In this document: one piece after another, positions 53,431-64,000 of the stretch
Numbering within the stretch: position 1 is the first letter of the stretch
Layout of the letters: each line of letters starts with the position of its first letter
Assembly: GCF_006345805.1 (NCBI RefSeq)
Contig: NC_043019.1
Coordinates: 24,675,360-24,739,359, forward strand
DNA: 64,000 nucleotides
From: Octopus sinensis
Taxonomy: Eukaryota
Direction: 5' to 3'
Notes under the pieces: generated by a model
Seen by the model: only the letters and a program-made list of their open reading frames with translations
Told to the model about the DNA's origin: nothing
Database searches by the model: none
Position numbers and translations under genes: made by a program

Positions 53431-53824
53431 CTCTTTACTCTTTACTTGTTTCAGTCATTTGACTGCGGCCATGCTGGAGCACCGCCTTTAGTCGAGCAAA
53501 TCGACCCCGGGACTTATTCTTTGTAAGCCCAGTACTTATTCTATCGGTCTCTTTGCCGAACCGCTAAGTGACGGAGACGTAAACACACCAGCATCGGTTG
53601 TCAAGCAATGCTAGGGGGACAAACACAGACACACAAACTTATATACATATATATACATATATACGACAGGCTTCTTTCAGTTTCCGTCTACCAAATCCAC
53701 TCACAAGGTATTGGTCGGCCCGGGGCTATAGCAGAAGACACTTGCCCAAGATGCCACGCAGTGGGACTGAACCCGGAACCATGTGGTTGGTTAGCAAGCT
53801 ACTTACCACACAGCCACTCCTGCG
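53431..53824 (-). mobile_element. SINE family C (CORE-like), full length
   Basis: Reverse complement of 38871-39272. Confidence 0.85.
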
Positions 53825-54006
53825 TAAAAAAAATAAAGTAATAATAAACAAACATGAAATGTGAGGTGACGTACATCTGCAAAGAAGTAGCTGATGTGCT
53901 TAGGAAGAATTTCTATCTTATGAAGGGGATTCACTGCGAGTGAAACCAGTCCTTGCCCTCAACAAAATGAAATCCACAGCCATTCGCACAAAAAAATACA
54001 AAGTTC

Positions 54007-54629
54007 GGATCTTTTCCTTTTGAACGGCAGATGTCAACACAATTTATAGTTAAACTAAACACTTTTAAACTTCGTATACTGGTAGAATGTGTTTATAAAA
54101 CATCCTTTTCTCTTGGTTTTATTGAGAAAATTCTATAGCTTGTAAGATATTTCGTCTGAAAATCCGAGCATTTCGGCAATTTTAACCAATCGATTACCTC
54201 CGTTCAACTAAAATCATTTGCTGCGTCTAAAACTGAGACAACATCCTGTAACTAACCTTAAACCTCCCCCCTAACCCTAACTCTAACCCTAATTTTTTTT
54301 TCTTAATTGTTAAATTAATTTAATTTCATTCCTTTAGTTTTTTTTACACGCGTAACAATTAAGAAAAAAAGATTAGGGTTAGGGAGGAGGTTTAGAGTTA
54401 GTTACAGGATGTTGTCTCAGTTTTAGACGCAGCAAATGATTTTAGCTCAAAAGAGAGCATAGGATTGGTTAAAATTCGAAAAATTAAACTACGTTAAACA
54501 AACAAATTACAATTTTATCAAGGAAGCCAAGAGAAAAAAATGTTTTATTTTGACACATTCTACCAGTATACGAAGTTCTAAAGTGTTTAGTTAACTAGAA
54601 ATTGTCTGCCGTTCAAAAGGAAAAGATCC
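54007..54629. mobile_element. Foldback MITE with about 300-bp imperfect inverted arms and an 8-bp TSD
   Basis: ggatcttttccttttgaacggcag at one end and ctgccgttcaaaaggaaaagatcc at the other; TSD caaagttc at 53999-54006 and 54630-37. Confidence 0.9.
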
Positions 54630-54876
54630 CAAAGTTCTGATCAGGGTTTTATACAATATACTTTCAAATTAACATAACAAAGCACAAACCGAGAAGGAGA
54701 TGGAATAATATTTCAAACAGTATTAAAAGAAATAAAAGACAATAATAATTCAAATATAGATTTTTACGAAATGTTGTATTTCAACAAGCCAGGAGACCTT
54801 GTCCCTTATTTGCTCTTTGTAACACAAGATCTGCTCAAGGAAAATTTCACAATCAGTAGTTATGAAGTTTAGGATG

Positions 54877-54969
54877 AAAATAAACCGGAAGCTAAACCAG
54901 GAACCTGAAAATAAACCGGAAGCTAAACCAGGAACCTGAAAATAAACCGGAAGCTAAACCAGGAACCTG
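54877..54969. repeat. 31-bp minisatellite x3
   Basis: aaaataaaccggaagctaaaccaggaacctg, three exact copies. Confidence 0.95.
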
Positions 54970-55139
54970 GGGCATCCTAATCAATATAAATGGACAGTGT
55001 AATTTTTATGTAAATATCTCGTTTTAATTATTGTGCTTTATCCTACTATTCTATTTGTTCCCGTGTGGAAATTCGTGTTATCAAGTTTTAATTCGTCCCT
55101 TTATATATATATAATATATATATATATAATATATATAGA

Positions 55140-55212
<73 letters not shown>

Positions 55213-55239
55213 ATATAATATATATATATATATATATAT

Positions 55240-55334
<95 letters not shown>

Positions 55335-55747
55335 ATACCATCTGTCAGTTCAACTCTTCCTCATCTTTCTATCTTCTTTTCACTTCTTTGTAGTCTGTTG
55401 TTTAACGTTTCTTTGTATTTTTCTGTACATCTCTGAGCTCTGCTAGCAAATAAAGAAATTATTATAACCATTATTGCTGTTGTTGTTGTTGTTGTTGCTA
55501 AGACGGCGGTCTGTCAGAATCGTTAGATCACCATGCAAAATGCTTAGCGACATTTCCATCCATTTGCACGTTCTGAGTTCAAATTTCACCGAGGTCGACT
55601 TTGCCTTTAATCCCTTCGGGGTCGATAAAACAAGGACCAGTTGAGCACTGGGATCGATGTAAACGATTTGCCCCCTCCCCTCCACCGTGCCCCAACATTG
55701 CTGGCCTTGCACCAAAGTTGAAACAAAAAAATTTTTATTAAAAGTAA

Positions 55748-55796
<49 letters not shown>

Positions 55797-56254
55797 CAGC
55801 AGCTGCAGCAGCAGCAGTAGCAAGCTGACAAAATTGTGTCGCGCCTGACAAAACGCCTGGCGGCACTTCTTCCAGTTCTTTTCGTTCTGAGTTCAAACGC
55901 TGTCAACGCCAACTTCACTCGAGTTCTGGGATTTACTTTACCAAATAACCTTCTCACCAAAGTTCCAAGCCAAACCTTAATCTGTAGACAAAAGAAAAGA
56001 GACAGTTCCCATGAGCCTTTGCAAATCTTCCTAAATTGGTGTGATTCATCGAATCAGTTGGTGCTCAGCTCGAACTTCTGGAAGTTGATGCCAAACTGTA
56101 AAACTTTGAACGGGGAAAGAATTCCTAAGGAACCCAATGTATCGATGTTGTTGTTCTTGTTGTTGTTGTCAGTTGGGGTTGAGTTTTACTGCTGGGTGAT
56201 TCGGATAGGGTGAAAAGAATAAAAGAATAAAAGTTGTCAGTCTCAGATTACACT

Positions 56255-56700
56255 AGTTCCATCAGACCAGCATCCGAGGCAATCGACTGTGACTATCGAA
56301 GACGCTCGACCTTTATTCTCTAGAAAAACGACGACGCCGTGGTGCTCTCATTCTTGCTCACAACATCATAAGCGGAAAGTGTAACCTCTCGAAAGAGCTG
56401 TTCTTCACTCCTGCTCCAGAGCGTCGGCTGCGGGGTCACTCCGAAAAAAGCTCTATCTGCGACGATTTCATCTCAATCGAAGGAGAGGGGCTTTCTCTGT
56501 CCGGGTTGCGGATCCGTGGAATAAGCTGCCGGACGAGATAGTGGAGATGCTGACGACCACTCGGTTCAAAGTCTCTCTTGACCAGAAATGGCCTGAACTC
56601 TTTGCATGAACACCCTCCCTGTACATAACTCCATGTCCCCCTACATGGCCTTGCTTTTTGCTTTTTGAGCCAAAAAGTTAACCTAACTTAACTTAACTTC
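56255..56700 (+). mobile_element. CR1-clade LINE 3' end with an (aactt)n tail
   Basis: LDLYSLEKRRRRG...DPWNKLPDEIV...QKWPELFA*; sister copy of 1199-1554. Confidence 0.82.
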
Positions 56701-57084
56701 ATTTCAGCATAATCTATCTGGCAGTACATTATTCAAATGTGTTCTTCCCTTCGTTTATATGGTAGATGTGATTTGAAAAAAGATTTGAGCAGCTATTTCT
56801 AGCCGACCCAATGACCCACGTAGAGGCTCCTCGATTGTTCTTCATGCAGAAAGAAGGGAGGGGGCAAAACACGGTTTTCAAGTGAAAACGTTTAGAAATA
56901 GCCAAATAGCTTTGATCAAAGAACACACAGACCAATATTGTCCATCTGAAAGACATTACTGGCTTAATTGGAATCAGTGAGGCTGTAATAAGTCATTTAC
57001 TGCTCCGGGATTCTGTTACCAAAACTGGTAGCAACTTCTTTGAGGCTTCTTTAGTCACTTCTTCTTCATTGTACTTAGCATCTT

Positions 57085-57102
57085 TTTACTACCACCACTA
57101 CT

Positions 57103-57134
<32 letters not shown>

Positions 57135-57135
57135 T

Positions 57136-57193
<58 letters not shown>

Positions 57194-57252
57194 CATCATC
57201 ATCATCATATCATCATCATCATCATCATCATCATCACACCATCATCATCATC

Positions 57253-57298
<46 letters not shown>

Positions 57299-57302
57299 CT
57301 AC

Positions 57303-57352
<50 letters not shown>

Positions 57353-57420
57353 CCATCATCATCATCAACATCATAATCATCATCATCATCATCATCACTA
57401 GCACCACCACCACCACCATT

Positions 57421-57451
<31 letters not shown>

Positions 57452-57695
57452 CCATCATCATCATTATCATCATCACCATCATCATCATCATCATCGTCAT
57501 CATCATCATCATCATCATCATCGTCATCATCATCATCGTCGTCATCATCATCATCTTCCTCAACAACAACAACAACAACAACAACTACTACTACTACTAC
57601 ATCATCAGCCTTTCCTTTCTCCTCTTCCTCGTCCTCCGTCTGCCTTAAATCATCATCATCATCATCACCATCATCGTCGTCGTCGTCGTCGTCTT
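57085..57695 (+). repeat. Long (CAT)n compound microsatellite
   Basis: Direct reading; the poly-His and poly-Met ORFs here are artefacts. Confidence 0.95.
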
Positions 57696-57974
57696 CGTCA
57701 GAACCGCTGTAAGCAACAGCAACATCGGCAGTAAATTAGACGAATTTTTCATTAAAACTAGTTTGCTGTGTTTCAGTACTCGCAGACAGAGCTTTTTTGT
57801 GCAGCTGTGGGACCACGTGTGAACCCGATATCCTTAATGTCAGCTGAGCTCACAACAGATGTGTTACTACGACGGTCCTGGAGTAACGCGGCGGTCTCGG
57901 TATGTACCGGGATCGTAATAGTACGGTTGTAACACTTGCCAAAGCCACAATATGTGTTAAATCTACGGCTATAA

Positions 57975-58116
57975 TAGGTCGACTTCGCCTTTCATCCTTT
58001 CGGGGTCGATAAATTAAGTACCAGTTACGCACTGGAGTCGATGTAGTCGACTTAATCCCTTTGTCTGTCCTTGTTTGTCCCCTCTGTGTTTAGCCCCTTG
58101 TGGGTAGTAAAGAAAT
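57975..58116 (+). mobile_element. SINE family B, 3' part
   Basis: ggtcgacttcgcctttcatcc...gtgggtagtaaagaaata. Confidence 0.85.
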
Positions 58117-58678
58117 ATATAATATGTATTAGGGGCGCATAAATTTTGCGTTGCAAAAACCCTTTATTTCTGCTTCGAGATCCAGTTCCAAAAAAAGATC
58201 ATTTCACATTCTCTTGAAAGTTTACAAATTCTTATGAGGTCAACAACACACAATTGTTGCTGGTCAAACTAAAGTTTCTCAAACAGACAAAGAAAGTCGA
58301 AGGATTGCTTTGGTCGAATGGTTGAACGCCTTTCATGTCTACAGCAAATGTGAGTTCCAGTCCCACGAGCAGCCTTCCATGTCTTCTATCCAAAAGGGTT
58401 TTTCAACCCAATATTAACGTGCTATTATTTGTAGCTTTATGTGATGTGCTTCGAGATCCAGCTCTAAGAACGAATTATTTCACGTTCTCTCGAAAGGTTA
58501 TATAATCGGATTGTTACCTAACACTCCCTTGTATTCCTTGCACGAAACTGATTGCTAAGATAAGCCGTGATGGAAATATAATGCTGTACATTTCGGATAT
58601 ACACCCACTCTATTGATAGATATACGAGCGCATCTTTACCCTGACTTATGGACTCTTAGACGACCCACGTATATATAT

Positions 58679-58766
<88 letters not shown>

Positions 58767-58794
58767 CAGACAGACACTGTGTGTGTGTAGGGTA

Positions 58795-59048
58795 AGAATA
58801 AAAGGGTAAAGATCCCTTTTGGTTATGAGTGACCATGGGCTTGCAACTAGAAAGTTCCCACACTACTGATGCTATGCAAGGGAAAGGCAAAGGCCAATAC
58901 AGCTTGGCACCTGTGACATCGCAACTCATGTCCACAGCTGAGTTAACTGGAGCAACGTGGAATAAAGTGTCTTGCTCAGGAACACAACACGCAGCCCGGT
59001 CCGGGAATCGAACTCACAAACTTACGATCGTAAGCTCGACGCTCTAAC

Positions 59049-59051
<3 letters not shown>
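58795..59051 (-). mobile_element. tRNA-derived SINE, family D (CORE-like)
   Basis: Minus-strand head gtggttagagcgtcgagc...gagttcgattcccgg, then cctgagcaagacacttt. Confidence 0.75.
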
Positions 59052-59091
<40 letters not shown>

Positions 59092-59442
59092 GTATATGTA
59101 TATACGACAAGCTTCTTGCAGTTTCCATATACCAAATCGACCGACAAGGTTTTGGTTGGCTCGAGGTTATAGTAGAAGACACTTGCCCAAGGTGCAACGC
59201 TGTGGGACTGAAATATATTATCCGGTCAAAACCAAATAACACCGGGCACAGACAACACGCCTAAGAGAACTCAGTATATCTAGCGGGACCTGCCTTTCTT
59301 TATGCATGTACCAAATGTGACACAAACTGCACAGATGGATGCAACACAGTTAGATGCGCAATGCCCTACCCACGACATACAGTTTCAGAAAGGAACGTCG
59401 CACTAAATAAAGAAACGGTTGCAAGACTTCAAATTCATCATA

Positions 59443-59650
59443 CCTATTTCTTTATTACCCACAAGGGGCTAAAGACAGAGGGGACAAACAAGGACAGACA
59501 AACGGATTAAGTTGATTACATCGACCCCAGTGCGTAACTGGTACTTAATTTATCGACCCCGAAAGGATGAAAGGCAAAGTCGACCTCGGCGGAATTTGAA
59601 CTCAGAACGTAACGACAGACGAAATACGGCTACGCATTTCGCCCGGCGTG
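59443..59650 (-). mobile_element. SINE family B, 5'-truncated
   Basis: Matches 3349-3530; lacks the head. Confidence 0.85.
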
Positions 59651-60619
59651 CTGTAGACATGAAAGGCGTTCAACCATTCGACCAAATTAAAATATTCTAA
59701 ATGACTTGAAATACTCTTTGTGCCTTGGTTTTGATTTTTTCCTTTAATATATATGTAGTTACCCGTCCTCACTGTGAGAAAATCACCGGACTGAAATAAA
59801 GGCTCTCTCCTCTTGCAAATACTATACAGTTTTTAAGCGACACACAGTCGACCTTGCATATATTATACATTATTAAACAGGATGTGTAGATATTAATATA
59901 CACACTACATTCGGAAGCGTGTAGAATTCAATAAAACACGATATGTTCACTTCATGACTTTTATCTATTTTAAATCAAGGCTTTCTCTTTGTGTTTGGTG
60001 GTTGGTCAGTGCTCCAGCATGACCGCAGCCGCATAGCTGAAACGAATAAAGGAAAGCATACACCCGTACTTATACTTCCGTGAAGATAGACGAAAAAAAA
60101 AATCAGATAGAAAGATTTGTGGTATAAGGGACATAATCTAAGAAACAGAGTTATCGCCCTCTACACTGACACTTAAATTTGTATTTTTGCTTGCCCCCAA
60201 ATCGTTCGAAAGTTAAACAAAATCCTTTCTGCTTTCGATCCGTTTTCTTACATTCTGAATTCAAATCCCGCCGGCATCAAATTTGACTATTACTCCTCCG
60301 AGTTTAATGAAATAAATGACCATTTGAAGCACTTGAATCGATTTATTTGATTAAACTCTTTCCTGGTGGTCGGTTAAATTTAGCGACATTTCGTCCGTCT
60401 TTCCGAAGTTGATTTTGCTTTTCATTCTTTCAGAGTGGATAAAATAAGTTCCAATTGAACAACGGGGTCGATGAAATCAATTTGCCCTCTCACTACGAAA
60501 ATGCTGGCCTTGTACCAAAATTTGAAATCTATATTAGAAGTCAGCAGAAGTTCGGCTCTATGAGAAGTTAAATTCAGAGATATTTGAAACTGGCATAATC
60601 ACTCCTGGAATTACATTCC

Positions 60620-60837
<218 letters not shown>

Positions 60838-60931
60838 TAATTGTATGCATATATATATATATATATATACATACATAAACACACATACATACATACATAC
60901 ATACATACATACTACATACATACATACTACA

Positions 60932-60965
<34 letters not shown>

Positions 60966-61759
60966 CATACATACATACCTAAAATTAAATAGTTCTGCCT
61001 CTGACATATCTGACATATTCATCCTGACATATCTAATACTCCCACACTTGTGATACTCATTCTTGCCAATGCCTGCTTGTGACACACCTAGAACTGACAC
61101 AACTTTCCGCTATCGATATAATTAACGTATCTTATCTTGATAACCGTACCCAAAAAGAATCTATATCCAATTGAAATTTGCGTCCTACTTGAAGAAGGAA
61201 ATATAATCTAACGGCAATTGCTTCTCAATTCAAAACGAGATATTTAAGAATTAGTGTCTAAAAGTTTATTTACATGCGATGCCCAGTTTACTCTAATGAT
61301 TATGCATATTACACTAACGAAATATCTTCTGGGTTTTTCACCTTTTTTTTTTTTTTCGTAAAAACTTTTGTTTACTGACTATTCTACGCTGATGAGGTCA
61401 AGTAGATCAAAACATGTCTTTAGTTTTCTCCCTTGCCAGTAACAAACATCAGGTATTCCTTTCCAAATGATAGTCAATTAACATGTATAAATTAATTGCT
61501 AATTTCTATAAATTATAAGGCGGTAGGCTAGCAGAATCGATAGCAGACCAGACCAAATACTTCTCGGCATTTTGTCAGCCTTTACTCAGTTCAAATTCTG
61601 CCGGCGTCGATTTTACTTTATATCTTTTCAGGATCGTTAAAATAAGTAACAGTTTAGCACTGAGGTCGATGTAATCGATTTAGCTTCTCCCACTGAAATT
61701 GATGGCTTTGTGCCAATATTAGAAACCATTTTCTATAAATCATCTCACCTCTTCTTAAA

Positions 61760-63620
61760 GAGCACAAGGAATCGTGAAGTTAATTACTGGAATATTAATA
61801 CTCTTATATATACAGTCACTATTCCTCTTAAAGAACAGCAAGGAGAAATCTACAGTAAATAAAGTGACGAAATTACTAAACAGAAACAACCTAGGATGGA
61901 AAACGAAACTTGAAAGCATCAAGAACGTGCGCCGCTATATCGGATGGGTAACTACAACAGCAAAATGTAAGGAGAAAAATGAGATTATAGCTCATCACCT
62001 CTGCTTTAGACAAAACTTTACGAAACTCTATGGCAATTCTTCACGCTGAGCTCTTGAGGGAAAGCTAATCACTTTAAAACATGAACTCAGGACGATGAGC
62101 GAAAACCTCCGCTATCGCAAGCGAATTTTTGAACGAGCCAGTATCAATCGCAAGTTTGCTTCCAACTCACAAGCATTATACAGAGATGAGGAAGGAAAGC
62201 ATTACCATTAAGGAAGATCCTTCCCAAGAAGATCCACAATCATTCTGGTAAAAAAATTGGAACAAAAAGAGGGATTTCAACCTGAATGCATCATGGTCAA
62301 ATACAATTGAGAGAGAATACTGTATCAGCGCTAACAAAATTGATGCAGAAACCTTCACTATAGCCGTAGGGAAACTGCAGAACGGAAAGGCACCTGGGAG
62401 GGACCTAATAGTTGGATATTGGTTACATGCTAGGATCTTCAACTGCTACAAATATCAATGTAACTCATAATTTCTTAGTAGACGATCTCAAGATTTATGC
62501 TAAAAGTGTTAACAATGCCAAAAAACAACTGGAATTAATAACAACATTTTCAGCTGATATAAGCATGGGATTTGGTCAAAAGAAGTGTTCATATTTGGTT
62601 ATAGAACGAGCAAAGTTAGTCCCCCAAACCCAAAACCTATGCATCAACGGTCTCTCTATCTCCCCCATTCCAGACAAAGAATGTTACCAGTACCTTGGCA
62701 TAGATGAAAATGTATCATATGAAGGCACAGTGAATAAAGATAGAGTGACCCGGTAATGTTACACCAGACTTAGGAAAATATGGCAGTCGGAACTCTCCTC
62801 TCACAACAAAACATTATCCCACAATGCATTTGCAGTACTAATGTCGATCCCAACATTTGGGATACTTAATTGGTCTGTAGAGGAAATCCACTCCATAGAT
62901 ATCAAAACCCGCAAAATCCTGACAACTGGGAACTTCCACAGAAACAGAGATGTTGATAGGCTCTACCTAAGAAGAAATGAAGGAGGTATAGGCCTGAGAT
63001 CAGTGCCGACGGCCTTCGAATGTCGTATGGTATCATTCAAGCTGCACCCAATGAACAACAGCAGCAAAAATAAATATATTAATGCAGTACTGAAAAGTGA
63101 AGAGAGCAACATCGTACGAGTAGGCAGTGAACTCCTCAAGAAACACTCTCTGCCTGATGATCTCCTATACACCCTCAAAACAGCTGGGCTCTCTTACCTC
63201 AGAGGAGACCTGGGTGGAAAGCACTCACCATACAAAAAAAGACCATGCATAGTTAAGTTGCCCGGAAGCTTGAAGGAGACACTAGAATTGACACAAAGCG
63301 CAGCCTCTCTTGGACGCAAGACCACTACATCGCATCGCACTTTGAAGGCTATGAGTTTGCAATCCAAGAACTGGGGATTGCTAGTAAGTACCTGGTGAAC
63401 AAGAGAGACAGTGACGCTCTTGTAATCCCAAGGTGCAGCCGCATGTGTAGGCTATGTCATGTTTCTGTGGAAGACGTCACGCATGTGATTAGCAGCTGTC
63501 CTAAAATGTCGTCACGGTACTACCACCTTATGCGGCCCGATGTTGTTGCTAAAACAATTTACAATGCCATCCGCAAGAAAGACTGTCCTGAAATAAACTT
63601 AGAAAAATCTCTCTGTTATG
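61760..63620 (+). mobile_element. R4/Dong-like RLE LINE, decayed and internally deleted
   Basis: NGKAPGRDLIVGYW (start of RT) is joined almost directly to HNFLVDDLKIYA. Further remnants YQYLGI, DVDRLYLRRNEGGIGL and the CCHC knuckle CRLCHVSVEDVTHVISSC, with many stops and frameshifts. Confidence 0.82.
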
Positions 63621-64000
63621 GAAAGAGAAATCGACCGGCTGATTCGTACATTACAAATGCAATCTGTGAGTTGAACAGTAAAAATATGCAAGACTTTTCT
63701 CAAGTTCCAAATGTGAACTTGTCTATGTTAACTAATTCCCAAACATGGAGCCTTGTCTCTTTGTTTGAAACCGGCTCCCTCCTCACTAGAAGATTTATAA
63801 TAATTAAGAAAAATAGAAAACATATATACATACATTATTATTATGGCTGTCCCCTCGTTATCGAATATGGCCATTGCACGAAGCTTAACTGTTACTGGTG
63901 CTGTGATCGAATGTGACTTTTTCGCCCAGCTAAAGATCTACAATGTCTTGTACAAAATTGGCAACTAAAACCTTTACTGGTAATAGCCGGCTGTAGTTGT

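Overview
Repeat-dense animal genomic DNA, most likely an octopod cephalopod (inferred from the SINE, LINE and microsatellite landscape; not proven). The only host gene I can support is the 3' part of a Wnt gene on the + strand, best matching Wnt10. It has three coding exons (34657-34919, 37031-37171, 40490-40969; about 294 aa spliced) and a long Arg/Lys-rich linker. Its 5' exons were not found; they may lie upstream of the window or in the 100-N gap at 25603-25702. The rest is intron or intergenic sequence filled with microsatellites and mobile elements: several tRNA-derived SINE families (two as tandem multimers), R4/Dong-like, CR1-like and RTE-like LINE fragments, one Tc1, three mariners, MITEs (including a foldback element with TTAGGG-like repeats and an 8-bp TSD), Helitron derivatives, and Penelope-type repeat fragments. 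The most interesting signal is a set of minimal hammerhead-ribozyme folds in the Penelope-type repeats. One (27112-27162) has an intact fold with the core C3-G8 pair swapped to G3-C8. Most ORFs in the supplied track are microsatellite artefacts. All coordinates were read by eye and may be off by a few bases, and TE family names come from motif recognition rather than database searches.
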